64,000 bases of DNA, from assembly GCA_002269645.1 (NCBI GenBank), contig NIVC01003902.1, positions 1 to 64,000 of the forward strand. Reading direction: 5' to 3'. Position 1 is the first letter of the stretch. Each line of letters begins with the position of its first letter. Both the position numbers and the translations under genes were made by a program. The stretch comes from Macrostomum lignano. Lineage: Eukaryota. The notes under the pieces were generated by a model that searched no databases, was not told the DNA's origin, and saw nothing but the letters and a program-made list of their open reading frames with translations. Of this stretch, positions 37,747 to 49,854 are shown in pieces.

Positions 37747-37837
37747 TTAATCTAATCAGATTATATATTGTATAGATTCCAGAAGTAAAAACCATGCTAA
37801 CGAGAACAACAAAATTTAAGGCCGTTATTACTAGTAG

Positions 37838-40800
37838 TGTTGTGTATTGCAAAGGCATGCGATGCGTAGGGGTAGTTCGGGGACAGCGTTTCTAGAAACT
37901 TCCACCGCGGACTTGTTTACGCATAGTTCCAGAAGTTTCCTTCCCCGGTCTTTCTAGAACTTTCCTTCCCCGCGTGCATAAATATACGAGCCGCCCTCCT
38001 ATTGGCCAAGCCCCTCTTTTGGTGCCACTGAGCGCCCGGATAATTATCTATCTTGTTTCTGCGTTCGTTAATTCAACAACAGAACATTGGCGACGAGGAT
38101 GGCGGCTAGCATCCCCGCACCCACGCCCTTCCTGGCGAACTGCGGATCACCGACAGTACCATGGAGCCGATGGATTGAGGCCTTTGAATTTTATTACGAG
38201 GCGGCCCAATTCAAGGAGCCCGAAGGGAAGGAAGAGGCGAAACCGCTGAAGAAGAGCCTTCTGCTCCATCTGCTTGGATTCGAAGGTCAGCGGGTTGCTC
38301 GAGCACGCCAAGCAATCAAGGAGAACGACACGTTCGCAGCAACTAAGGCGGAGCTCGAGAAGATCTTCGGCGAGAAGCCCAACGTGATGGTAGCCAGATA
38401 TCGCTTCCGCCAGCGCCAGCAGCTACCCGGCGAGGACGTCAAGACCTTCGTGGCAGCCCTGAGGGAGCTGACGGAGCTGTGCAACTACGGCGCAATACAG
38501 GACGATCTCATCAGAGACCAGCTGGCTGAGAAGACCAGTAACCCCAGAATCCGAGAGAGGCTGCTGACGGAGAAGGTGGAGGACCTCAACCTGGCGAAAG
38601 CACTCAGCATCGCGGTCTCCATCGAGGAAGCCTCCAAAGAAGCCAAGGCGATGGCGCCATCAACCTCGAGCACGGCAGCCGTCCAATCGATCCGACAGCC
38701 GAGGGGCCAGAAGGTCGCTGCAAAGGGGAGGCACCGCCCAGCACCAGCTGGCAGGACGGCCAAACCCGGCGGCGCCTGCACGCGCTGTGGGCGAGACCAC
38801 GGACCGACGACCCCCTGTCCGGCCAAGGGCAAGACATGCGAGGCCTGTGGCAAGAAGAACCACTTCCGGAGTTGCTGTCGCAGCCAGCAGGCTGCTGTCA
38901 ATGCCGCGGACGAGGTGATCACAGTCTACGCAGTGCCGGGTGGCGACAGGGAGGTCCGGGCGACGCTGGAACTCGGACCGGACAGGACCGCTGTCAGCCT
39001 GATGGTGGACTGCGGCGCAAGGGTGTCGCTGCTGTCCAGACAGACCGCCGATCGGATCTCAGGTGCAGTCACCTCTCCCACTACGACGAAGCTGCGTGCC
39101 TACGGCGGACTGCCGATCCAGCTAAGTGGTGTCACCGAGCTGGAGGTGCGCTACGGCGACAAGGCGATGCAGCACCGGTTCTTCGTTGCGCCAGGCGGCG
39201 ACAACATCGTCGGTAGAGACCTGATGGAGAAGCTGGGCTTCCGAGTCGACCTTAGCGGGCAGCCGCCCGGAATCGCGGAGGTCAGCGACTTGACGGCGGA
39301 CTTGCAGGCGCGGTACCCAACGACCTTCAGCGGTGCGATAGGATGCTGCGCCGGCGCTGTACACCAGCCCAAGGTCGACCCAGCAGTGCGACCCGTCCAG
39401 CAGCCACTCCGCCGCCTGCCCCTCATGCGACAGGAGCAGGTCGGTGCCGAACTCGACAAGATGGAGAAGGACGGCATCATCGAGCGAGTCAACGCTAGCG
39501 AGTGGGTCTCCAATCTAGTGGTGACGGCGAAGAAGGATGGCAGCATCCGAATCTGCGTCGACGTTCGCGAGCCGAACAAGGCACTGATCGTCGACAAGCA
39601 CCCGATGCCACAGCTGGACGAGATTGCCTCGAAGATCAAGAAAGGCCGTGGCCGAGTGTTCAGCAAGATTGATCTGAAGTCGGGCTACATGCAGATGCAG
39701 CTGCATGAATCGAGCCGCAATCTGACAGCCTTCATCACGCACAAGGGGCTCTTCCGCTATCGTCGAGTTCCCTTCGGCCTGGCATCGGCACCAGCTGCTT
39801 TCCAGCGCATGCTCGACGATCAGGCCGCCGACCTCGACGGAGTGGAGCACATCCTGGATGACTTCATCGTGTACGGGCGCAGCGAGGAGGAGCATGATCG
39901 ACGACTGGAGAAGTTGCTCCAGCGCCTCGAGGACAAGGGCATGACGGTGAACAAGCAGAAGTGCGCCTTCAAGCAGAAAGAGGTCGAATTCTTCGGATTC
40001 GTGATCTCGGAGGCCGGCATCCGGCCAACGGAGTCAGCCACAGCGGCCATCAGGGACATCCGGCAGCCCGGAGATCAGAAGGCGTTGAAGTCATTCCTAG
40101 GCGCCGCTAACTTCTTGATGCGCTTCGTGCCGCACTACGCCGACATCACAGAGCCGCTTCGAAGGCTCCTGAAGGCCGACTCCAACTTCGACTGGACGCC
40201 GGAGTGCCAACGGGCGTTCGAAGCAGTGAAGGACGCCATCAGCAAGGCACCGACGCTCGCCCACTTCGACCCGAAGGCCGACACTATTGTCACCACGGAT
40301 GCCAGCGCCAAGGCCATCGGAGCCCAGCTGTCGCAGATCCAGGACGGCGTCGAGCGACCGGTCGCCTTCGCCGCCCGAGCGCTGACGACGACGGAACAGC
40401 GCTACGCCGCGAACGAGCGCGAGGCACTGGCTAGCCTCTGGGCGATGGAGAAGTGGCATTTCTACCTCTACGGTCGCCACTTCGAGCTGCGCACAGATCA
40501 TCAGGCGCTGCAGCAGCTACTTCTCGGACCGACCGGCACGGGACACCGGCCACTGCGGATCCATAGGTGGTGCGACCGGCTGCTGCAGTACGACTTCCAT
40601 GTGCGCTACCTGCCAGGAAACAGCAACTACGTGGCCGATCTGCTGTCCCGGTGGAGCAGCGGATCGGAGCTGAACCTGATCCACCTGCCCGACACTCCAG
40701 GCCCGAGAGTCAAGGCGGTCACACTGGAAGCACTTACCGCAGGGACCTCGGCTGACGAGACACTGGGGACAGCCATCAGGAGCGTCATCAGCGGCCGGTG

Positions 40801-42367
40801 GCCAGCTGACATCGACGACGTTGAGCTGCGGGCTCTCTGGAAGGTGCGCGAACAGCTCAGCGTCTGGAACAACGGCAAATGCCTCGCCTTCCAGGAGAGA
40901 GCAGTCATCCCGGAGTCTCTCCGCGGCCATCTTCTCGAGCAGGCTCACGAAGGGCACCAGGGCATCGTGCGCACCAAGCAGGCGCTCCGCGACTCAGTCT
41001 GGTGGCCCGCCATGGACAAGGCGGTCGAGACCTTCGTGCGACACTGCGTAGCGTGCGAGACAGCCGAGAAGAACTTTAAGGTCAGTCCGGCCCCGCTCAA
41101 GACCATACGCTGGCCAGATTCACCATGGGCAGAGATCGCCGTGGACATCGTCGGAGAACTGCAGGCGGCGCCGGCCTCTAGCAGGTACCTCATCGTCGTG
41201 ACGGACCTGCACAGCAAGTGGCCGGAGGTCATCCCGACGGCCAGCATCACCACGGAGACCATCTGCCGTGCGATGCGCAGCCTGTTCGCAAGGTGGGGGC
41301 TGTGCGAGAAGGTGCTGACGGACAACGGCCCGCAGTTTGGCAGCGAGTTCTCGGACTTCTTGGCCGAGCAGGGCATCCGGCACGTCAAGACCAGCCTCTA
41401 CCATCCGCAGACCAACGGCCAGACGGAGCGTCTCAATCGGTCGCTGCTCGCCAGCATCAGAGCGGCCATGGCGGAGAACAGGCCGTTTCAAGACGCCGTG
41501 ACCAACTTCTTGTCTGCCTACCGGAGCTCCAAGCACAGCCTGACGGGCAAGTCACCGGCCGAGCTCATGCTGGGTCGGAAGTGGCGCACCGCGATCACCA
41601 TGCTGTCTCCCGGAGGGGGAATGACAACGACCGAGGCGACGCCTCAGGCACTGCGGCAGCAAATCGAGGCGCGGCAGCAGCGGATCAAGGCCTACACCGA
41701 TGCCAGACGAAGGGCCCGCCCCGAGACGTTCCACCCCGGCGATTGGGTGAGAATCCGACGGCCCACCAAGAAGGGCAAGCTGGGTACCCGCCTCTCACGG
41801 CCACTACAAGTGCTCCGTCAGGCGGGACACCACGCGGTCGAGCTCAGCGACGGCACCAGATGGAACCAGCAGCGGCTGATCCGAACGCCGCACCCGGCGC
41901 AGCCGAGAGAGCGGTTCGACCCACTGGTGGACTCGGCGCCAACGACCGGAGCCGGCACGGCGGCACCGGCGGCACCGGCGGCGGAGCCTCCGGCAAGAAC
42001 AGCAGCGCCCCGCCGATCTGAGCGAGCCAGGCACCCGCCGATACGCTTCATGAACTGCCGCTGGGACTGATTAAAGTGAAGCTTGGGGACTGTTGGACTC
42101 CTTGAAGGAGGGGAAGAATGTTGTGTATTGCAAAGGCATGCGATGCGTAGGGGTAGTTCGGGGACAGCGTTTCTAGAAACTTCCACCGCGGACTTGTTTA
42201 CGCATAGTTCCAGAAGTTTCCTTCCCCGGTCTTTCTAGAACTTTCCTTCCCCGCGTGCATAAATATACGAGCCGCCCTCCTATTGGCCAAGCCCCTCTTT
42301 TGGTGCCACTGAGCGCCCGGATAATTATCTATCTTGTTTCTGCGTTCGTTAATTCAACAACAGAACA
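37838..42367 (+). mobile_element. Full-length Ty3/Gypsy (Mag-like) LTR retrotransposon, very young
   Basis: 249-bp LTRs at 37838-38086 and 42119-42367 (TG...CA, no differences seen by eye). 5-bp TSD AGTAG, PBS TGGCGACGAGGATGG at 38088-38102, PPT GAAGGAGGGGAAGAA at 42104-42118. Confidence 0.98.
38099..42070 (+). CDS. Gag-Pol polyprotein, single uninterrupted ORF, 1323 aa
   Basis: Two zinc knuckles (CTRCGRDH...CPAKGKTCEACGKKNHFRSCC), protease MVDCGARVSLL, RT (KIDLKSGY, PFGLASAPAAFQR, HILDDFIV), RNase H (TTDASAKAIGA, EREALA, TDHQAL), integrase (HEGHQG..CVAC, AVDIVG, TDNGPQF, NGQTERLNR). Confidence 0.97.
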   Translation: MAASIPAPTPFLANCGSPTVPWSRWIEAFEFYYEAAQFKEPEGKEEAKPLKKSLLLHLLGFEGQRVARARQAIKENDTFAATKAELEKIFGEKPNVMVARYRFRQRQQLPGEDVKTFVAALRELTELCNYGAIQDDLIRDQLAEKTSNPRIRERLLTEKVEDLNLAKALSIAVSIEEASKEAKAMAPSTSSTAAVQSIRQPRGQKVAAKGRHRPAPAGRTAKPGGACTRCGRDHGPTTPCPAKGKTCEACGKKNHFRSCCRSQQAAVNAADEVITVYAVPGGDREVRATLELGPDRTAVSLMVDCGARVSLLSRQTADRISGAVTSPTTTKLRAYGGLPIQLSGVTELEVRYGDKAMQHRFFVAPGGDNIVGRDLMEKLGFRVDLSGQPPGIAEVSDLTADLQARYPTTFSGAIGCCAGAVHQPKVDPAVRPVQQPLRRLPLMRQEQVGAELDKMEKDGIIERVNASEWVSNLVVTAKKDGSIRICVDVREPNKALIVDKHPMPQLDEIASKIKKGRGRVFSKIDLKSGYMQMQLHESSRNLTAFITHKGLFRYRRVPFGLASAPAAFQRMLDDQAADLDGVEHILDDFIVYGRSEEEHDRRLEKLLQRLEDKGMTVNKQKCAFKQKEVEFFGFVISEAGIRPTESATAAIRDIRQPGDQKALKSFLGAANFLMRFVPHYADITEPLRRLLKADSNFDWTPECQRAFEAVKDAISKAPTLAHFDPKADTIVTTDASAKAIGAQLSQIQDGVERPVAFAARALTTTEQRYAANEREALASLWAMEKWHFYLYGRHFELRTDHQALQQLLLGPTGTGHRPLRIHRWCDRLLQYDFHVRYLPGNSNYVADLLSRWSSGSELNLIHLPDTPGPRVKAVTLEALTAGTSADETLGTAIRSVISGRWPADIDDVELRALWKVREQLSVWNNGKCLAFQERAVIPESLRGHLLEQAHEGHQGIVRTKQALRDSVWWPAMDKAVETFVRHCVACETAEKNFKVSPAPLKTIRWPDSPWAEIAVDIVGELQAAPASSRYLIVVTDLHSKWPEVIPTASITTETICRAMRSLFARWGLCEKVLTDNGPQFGSEFSDFLAEQGIRHVKTSLYHPQTNGQTERLNRSLLASIRAAMAENRPFQDAVTNFLSAYRSSKHSLTGKSPAELMLGRKWRTAITMLSPGGGMTTTEATPQALRQQIEARQQRIKAYTDARRRARPETFHPGDWVRIRRPTKKGKLGTRLSRPLQVLRQAGHHAVELSDGTRWNQQRLIRTPHPAQPRERFDPLVDSAPTTGAGTAAPAAPAAEPPARTAAPRRSERARHPPIRFMNCRWD

Positions 42368-42372
42368 AGTAG

Positions 42373-42468
42373 CTCCGTGGGTCCAGGATTGCTCAAATCA
42401 ATTTTAAAATTGGTCTGAACCAACCTGCACATTGATTTGAGCAATCTTGGACACGCGGAGGTTACTAG
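42373..42468. repeat. ~100-bp palindromic mini-element whose left arm was split by the Gypsy insertion
   Basis: GTCCAGGATTGCTCAAATCAAT (42381-42402) is the inverse of ATTGATTTGAGCAATCTTGGAC (42431-42452). Pairing extends to CTCCG/CGGAG and to CTAGTA (37831) / TACTAG (42468). Confidence 0.7.
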
Positions 42469-43749
42469 ACTATCGACAACCAGGGGTCACGGCACGAGAG
42501 CCAGACACTTTTACCTCTGAGCTGCTCTGCAAATGGGGAACAGTGCCTGCGTCGCTAAAATGACTGCCTGCGGCTTCAAAATGATCGATGACAACACCGA
42601 TTCGGAAATAATGTGATGTACACGTAGGGATTTAATAATGTACATGTAGGTGTAGAATTCTCGGCTTTGCCCTCCCCCCCACCAAAAAATCCATGGCCCT
42701 GCCATCAATAAATTAATGCTTGGACCGTGGAGAATGAAAATTGAAAGTCGAGCGTCCACTCCAGGTGGTATTTTAGAGTTCCATGATTTCAGTTAATCGG
42801 TACTTCTCTGAAAGTAAATCGACTGCGAAACGGTGACACCATATGCCATTTGTGTCCCATCAAATAACAATGCAATATATTTCTAGGATTGCAAAGCAAG
42901 CAAGGTGTTCTGTAAAAATGTTGCTTTAAAAAGCATTAGGCGAATGCGATATAATCAATTGTAGATAAATATGCCCTAAAACTCGCGCAAGGAATATACG
43001 TACTTCTATTAAAATGAATCAAGTTTGTATTTAGTATAACGCCTTTACTATTTGATTTACTGCGAGTAAAACAAAACGAGAAAAAATCCATTTAAAGCAG
43101 ACAAAGCGAACATTCGTAGTTCTGAGTTTATATGTACAGTAAAACGGTTCTAGTCTGCCTGCACAGCATAATAATAAATATACACGAAACAGAAGCGTTG
43201 TCAGTGTGCCAGTAAATAAAGTTATTCATATGATACATGTAGCTCTGGGCTAATTCAATCATCTATACATTAAGTCGGTGGGAAAACGCGAACGAGGCAA
43301 GCGATTCAAACTACTAAGTGGATGTCAGGGCAGGTTAACACGAGTTTAAACCTGCTTAAAGAGAACAGATGATCTGCTATCAATATTGTGGATAAAGGTA
43401 CATCATACATGGTTGCAAAGCCTATATTTAATTACAGTGTGCTGGAACACTGCTAGGAAGGTCACCCAACCAGAACTCCAAGATCGTCATGATAATCCCC
43501 AAGTGACCTTTTTTACAACGTGGATAACAAACAATGACAAATAATTGGGTTTAGGAAAAAGCTGGTGGGACAGAGGAACCTGGCTACACAAAATAGCAGC
43601 AGTTTTGCCTTCATTATTACACCTTGCTAACAATGCCGCGTCAAACAGCAACTCGACAAACTAGATAGAGCATTGGTCCTGCTTCGGTCAATGTGTCAAA
43701 TACTTTCGATTCGTAGTGGATCGCCGCATTCAAGTCTGGGGTAAAACTT

Positions 43750-46700
43750 CTACGCCATTTGCGGCTGCATTTTGTATTGCACTCCGCTATGCGGGATGTC
43801 CTCATCCTGCTGCCGCTTGTGGTAGAAGATCAGCAGCGCGCCCAGGAGCAGCAGGATCTGGGGGGGAGTGACAGCACAGAGAGCAACATGTACTTTTTAA
43901 TCAACGCTCTTTTTCCCTGACGCATCTCACCCACACAATCAATTGACGAGAAATCAAAAACCTCACTGAAGCACCTCAACTGCAGTGCCTCACTGAAGCA
44001 CCTCAACTGCAGTACCTCACTGAAGCACCTCAACTGCAGTACCTCACTGAAGCACCTCAACTGCAGTACCTCACTGAAACACCTCACTGCAGTACCTCAC
44101 TGAAGCACCTCAACTGCAGTACCTCACTGAAGCACCTCAACTGCAGTACCTCACTGAAGCACCTCAACTGCAGTACCTCACTGAAACACCTCACTGCAGT
44201 ACCTCACTGAAGCACCTCAACTGCAGTACCTCACTGAAGCACCTCAACTGCAGTACCTCACTGAAGCACCTCACTGCAGTACCTCACTGAAGCACCTCAA
44301 CTGCAGTACCTCACTGAAGCACCTCAACTGCAGTACCTCACTGAAGCACCTCAACTGCAGTACCTCACTGAAGCACCTCAACTGCAGTACCTCACTGAAG
44401 CACCTCAACTGCAGTACCTCACTGAAGCACCTCAACTGCAGTACCTCACTGAAGCACCTCAACTGCAGTACCTCACTGAAGCACCTCAACTGCAGTACCT
44501 CACTGAAGCACCTCAACTGCAGTACCTCACTGAAGCACCTCAACTGCAGTACCTCACTGAAGCACCTCAACTGCAGTACCTCACTGAAGCACCTCAACTG
44601 CAGTACCTCACTGAAGCACCTCAACTGCAGTACCTCACTGAAGCACCTCAACTGCAGTACCTCACTGAAGCACCTCAACTGCAGTACCTCACTGAAGCAC
44701 CTCAACTGCAGTACCTCACTGAAGCACCTCAACTGCAGTACCTCACTGAAGCACCTCAACTGCAGTACCTCACTGAAGCACCTCAACTGCAGTACCTCAC
44801 TGAAGCACCTCAACTGCAGTACCTCACTGAAGCACCTCAACTGCAGTACCTCACTGAAGCACCTCAACTGCAGTACCTCACTGAAGCACCTCAACTGCAG
44901 TACCTCACTGAAGCACCTCAACTGCAGTACCTCACTGAAGCACCTCAACTGCAGTACCTCACTGAAGCACCTCAACTGCAGTACCTCACTGAAGCACCTC
45001 AACTGCAGTACCTCACTGAAGCACCTCAACTGCAGTACCTCACTGAAGCACCTCAACTGCAGTACCTCACTGAAGCACCTCAACTGCAGTACCTCACTGA
45101 AGCACCTCAACTGCAGTACCTCACTGAAGCACCTCAACTGCAGTACCTCACTGAAGCACCTCAACTGCAGTACCTCACTGAAGCACCTCAACTGCAGTAC
45201 CTCACTGAAGCACCTCAACTGCAGTACCTCACTGAAGCACCTCAACTGCAGTACCTCACTGAAGCACCTCACTGCAGTACCTCACTGAAGCACCTCAACT
45301 GCAGTACCTCACTGAAGCACCTCAAAGGCATCCAACGCACCCCAAAGATTCTCACAGATAAACAGGTATTCAAAATGAGCGAAACTCACCTCTACTCCAA
45401 GCCACCCGGCAACGCCAAAGAACAAGCGATCGAAACCAGATTTCAGATAGTTGTCGAATACACGGGCAAACTTTTCGTAGCAGCCGTTTTGGCGGTTGCT
45501 GTACGGGTCGCTTAAGTTGGCGTAGGCGCACTTGAAGTCCTGCCTTTCCAAATAGTAGTTGCAGCAGGAAAACGGATAGCTGGCGTCTGAAATAGAAAAT
45601 TAATCAAGCATTCCGCGTTACCAATGCGAAATCCGTTGCTTATAGTCTCTGAATTTTAAATTTTCTAATACTGAATCCAGTCCGCAACTCACTGTAGTAG
45701 GAGAATTTAGTTTTGTTGTTGCTCCTGTACCCGATCGTTCTGTTCCAGTTGGTTGCCATGGTGTAAAAGTCGTTGCCATTATTTACGCCGCAGCAGCCGC
45801 CGACGACCTGAACAACGTCAAGCTGCATCGAGCCGACGTCCCGATTCTGCGAGCCCTTGTAGTTTTTCACTTGCTCCTCAAGCCAGTTGCGGCTGCAGTC
45901 CTTCATCTGGGGTTGGGGAGCGCGCCATCCCGATAGTATGCACTCTAGTAGGTACGATCGCATATCAGGGGTCGGCAAACTCCCGCCCACGAAAACTCTC
46001 TATCCGGCCCTCGGGTTCTTTGAACTCCTCTCAGCTCTTTTCTCTTTTCTCACCTCTACTCTCTTTTTCTCTCCTCTCTCCTTTCCCCTCCTCTCTCCTC
46101 TTCTCTCCCCTCCTCTCTCCTCTCTCCCCTTCTCTCCCCTCCTCTCTCCTCTCTCCCCTTCTCTCCCCTCCTCTCTCCTCTCTCCTCTTCTCTCCCCTCC
46201 TCTCTCCTCTCTCCCCTTCTCTCCCCTCCTCTCTCCTCTCTCTCCTTCTTTCCCCTCCTCTCTTCTCCCCTTCTCTCCCCTCCTCTCTCCTCTCCCCTTC
46301 TCTCCCCTCCTCTCTCCTCTCCCCTCCTCTCTCCTCTCTCCCCTTCTCTCCCCTCCTCTCTCCTTCTTTCCCCTCCTCTGTCCTTCTTTCCCCTCCTCTC
46401 TTCTCCCCTTCTCTCTCCTCTCTCCCCTTCTCTCCCCTCCTCTCTCCTTCTTTCCCCTCCTCTCTTCTCCCCTTCTCTCCCCTTCTCTCCCCTCCTCTCT
46501 CCTCTCCCCTCCTCTCTCCTCTCTCCCCTCCTCTCTCCTCTCCCCTCCTCTCTCCCCTCCCTCCTCTCTCCTCTCTCCCCTTCTCTCCCCTCCTCTATCC
46601 TTCTTTCCCCTCCTCTCCCCTTCTCTCCCCTCCTCTCTCCCCTCCCCTCCTCTCTCCTCTCCCCTCCTTTCTCCTCTTCCCTCCTCTCCCCTCCTCTCTC

Positions 46701-47546
46701 CTCTTCCCTCCACTCTCCTCTCCCCTTCTCTCCCCTCCTCTCTCCTACAAAAGTTTATAAAACGTTTGCCGACCCCTGATGCATATGCACGATAAGCTAT
46801 ACGTTCACGTCAATGCACATTTTTATCACAGGAAGAAGCACTTACCACATCGCTGTTTGTGAACCAGAAGATCACAAGGCCGGCCTGGCTCAGCAGAACA
46901 AGCGCGACCAACACAGAGTACTAAAATAGGCAGAAAGCGCTACTAAATTCACAGTGGAAATTCAATGCGTGTTTTCTAATTTCATTTAGTTTTGCACGAT
47001 ACTACTGACATCTTCATCAGTAGATGCTAGTGAATTTTGCAATTAAATTATTTGTTAGATTCGGTATGGACTTTTTGAATTCGGTGTAAAATTCTTACAA
47101 TGATGAGGCAGGAAGGAACGCCCCAGCAAGCGCCGCAGCATCCCAGACAGCTCATGACGATAATCAGGACCCCAAGAATTATAAACACGATAGCGCTAAT
47201 CATGGTATTTGACGCCATAGCCTGATGCAGGCTCTCAACGTCAACGGAGGTTTCGATGTTGTCAGTAGTGGTTAACATCGAGCTAACGTGCTGGTCGAAA
47301 GCTGAACGCACCACCCAGTAGGCCCACAACGTCAAACAGCCCGTGGCCAGGAGTGCCAGGCCCAGAATCTGGAAAGAAGAGTGAGTACATTGAATCCAAC
47401 TAGCAGGTAAACCGATTGCATAGTTCAAGGTTTGGAATAATTTTGAATGCTTTCTCATCAGCTCAGCTTACCGCTGTCAGCACGTTGACAAAAGAGATGA
47501 AGCAGCAGCAGCACCATCGGCAGCAGGTCAAGCAGCCGGACCCCAT
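43750..47546 (-). CDS. Tetraspanin paralog 2, 6 exons, 312 aa
   Basis: Exons 47546-47472, 47368-47099, 46920-46846, 45906-45693, 45586-45390 and 43857-43750. Intron phases match paralog 1. Motifs SCLGCCGAC, GGCCGVNNG, PFSCC and NGCY. Confidence 0.93.
43960..45324. repeat. 27-bp highly homogeneous minisatellite (CCTCACTGAAGCACCTCAACTGCAGTA)n in tetraspanin-2 intron 5
   Basis: About 50 copies. Each unit is a dimer of 13- and 14-bp related halves. A few 26-bp variants lie near the ends. Confidence 0.98.
45966..46778 (+). mobile_element. hAT-like non-autonomous element carrying a ~720-bp CT-rich low-complexity tract, in tetraspanin-2 intron 3
   Basis: 15-bp TIR CAGGGGTCGGCAAAC ... GTTTGCCGACCCCTG. 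8-bp flanks TCGCATAT and ATGCATAT (6/8 match). Confidence 0.85.
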
Positions 47547-48823
47547 GACTGTGTTGCAGTTGACTGTTTACAGGCTTAGCCAATACTGTGCAACAGGTGA
47601 GTAATACTGTCGAGTCGTTTCAGAGGAGCTTCGGTAAACAGCTTGGTTTGCTAAGCAGGAGTCGCGGCACTGCAGAGAGCTCCTTCTGCTAGACTGTAGC
47701 TGTCGGATAGGAGCTGAGCGGCCCTGAGGAGATCCAGGCTTGTAGCAAAGTTTCAGGGCTTAGGCAGGGGTTGGGGAGGGTCTGGGGGGGGGGTCGCTCT
47801 CCTTCTAGCCCCCCTGCCCGTCACATTTTCCTTCAACCCCTTTCCCTTTTCCTCCTGCCCTTCCCAAGCCGCTCTTCGCCGGTTAGAAGGAGTGAGGGGG
47901 GGGGAGAGGCGCGGGAGAGTCTGTTGGCCGAGGTTGCAGCCCAGTGTACAGCGGGCCCCCCTCGGAGTTTTTCTGTACATTTCTTCTGTTCAGTGTTCCA
48001 ACGCTGCAGTTTTTTTTCAATCTTCGGTAGGCTCAAGTTAGTAGGTTTTTTGTTCGGCTCGAGAGATACTTGATCAAGGGCGAGTCTTAGGTGACAGAAC
48101 AAGGCTAAAATGAGTGTTATACTGGCATACAGAAAGGAGTGAAATTGGTCCTTTAAAAATCTTAAGCATTCAATGCCAAGTTCTCATTTTCTAGAACAAT
48201 GCGGATGCATTGCAAAGGAAATGCTGGACTAAGTGATGCGGCTAGAGCTTAGGTCAACAGAGCCAGGTCTTGGAATCTGGGATCTGGCAGAGGGGGCTGC
48301 AGGGGGCACCTAGGTGCAGATCCTCCCCCTCCACACTCCCGATGCCTTCATTATCGATCGCGAAGGAGGAGCAGAGAAGAAGTAGGGAGAGAGGCGAGAG
48401 CAAGAGAGGGAGAGAGAGCCGAGAGAGCGGGCAGAGCGGCTCCAGAGTGAGGGGATTTAGCCGGCCACTGCACGCCAATGGGCCGCGGAAGCAGATCCTA
48501 AAATCCTAAAATCCTACTTCCCCTTCTTCTGTGCGCGCCTCCGCGGGGCGGGAGAAGCGGCAGCAGTGGCCGCAGTTATTGAAGTGCAGCAAAGCAATCA
48601 GGCGGGAGGCGATGGCTGCAGCCAAGGAGGATGGAGTTGGCTGTCGCCCCAGCCCCCTCCAGCTGTAAATCATTATCAGCCCCGCCAGTCTAGGAGGTAG
48701 GAATTAGACAGACGGAGAGGAGGGCCGTCATCGATTGCCCGCAGACACAGCACTGTCTGCCCGCCTGTCCGCCTGTCTCCTGCTGCAGCTCCATCCTTCA
48801 CATCCTTGCTCCGCCATGCGCAA

Positions 48824-48854
<31 letters not shown>

Positions 48855-49854
48855 TAGGGAGAGGGAGAGAAACTGCGATGTAGATGGAGCCGCCCGCTTA
48901 TCCGTTGCCCAGGGTCTCCCCTCTGCCGCTGTCTTCCCGAGCTCGCGCACTGTTTTCCTAAGGCCCCTCTCGTTCCTTCTCTACTCCGGGCCTCCGGCTC
49001 TATCTCGCACTCCATCTGAGAGTTCTCTGTTCCGAGCATCAGCCGAGCCCCGAGCTAATTGACTTGAGCAAGGAGGCAGGCCAGCCGCCAGGGCTGCGGT
49101 TTAGGGCAAAATTGGAATTGGGGGATGGGGCTCTTTCCTCTTCTGCTCCCTCTCCTCTCAGTCTCTCCTCCCGCGCAACTCTTCTTATTCTCATTTCCAG
49201 GCCTCCCCCGCGGGCTTGGAGTTCTTCTCCTCTGCGAGTTTTCTTGCTGTCTCATTACGGCGCTCCCCGTCCTTCCTCTTTCCACTTAATTTAGCGCGGG
49301 CTTACAGCCAACGACGCTTCGGAGATATCGCTAGCCAGTGGTTTGAGGCGTACCGCTGCCTCAGCCCCGCGGGAGGCCATCAAGGGCAATAAGTACACGG
49401 CGCGGTTTTTAAGCTAAAAATTCCAAAGATCCCATCTCCTTGCAGTTGCCTGTCTTCCTTCCTGCCTCGGAATCGTTGCGAGTCTATTTTTGGCTGCATG
49501 GTCTGGCTGGGACGGCCAAGAAAGCTTTGGCTATAGCGGCCCGGTTGCTTCAGTCTCCCTCTCGTCCCTCCCTGCCGAATCCCTCTTAGCCAAGGGGCCA
49601 CCGGGTGCGCTGAGAGCTGCTGCTGTTCTGAGAGGGGATTGGAAAACTATATAGTGGGAGCTGGGCAGGTTCCTCCCAGTTTTAATGTGTCAGCGAGGCC
49701 GAGCAAGTGGATTATTCATCTCCTCTCCCCTCTCTCGGGCATTGCCGAGCTCTCAGCCATGCCTCACTGGATTGAAGGCTGCCCGAGGAAACCAAATTTG
49801 CATTAGCAAAATAACATTTTCAAGCAGTCAGAGAGGCCAACTGTGTAAAGTAGA

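Noticed and set aside
43960-45324. CRISPR-like regular array
   Set aside because: The units are contiguous with no unique spacers, no cas genes are present, and the array lies in a eukaryotic intron.
47600-49800. GC- and purine-rich region with many short ORFs
   Set aside because: No recognisable domain, consistent splice pattern or terminal repeats. Left unannotated.
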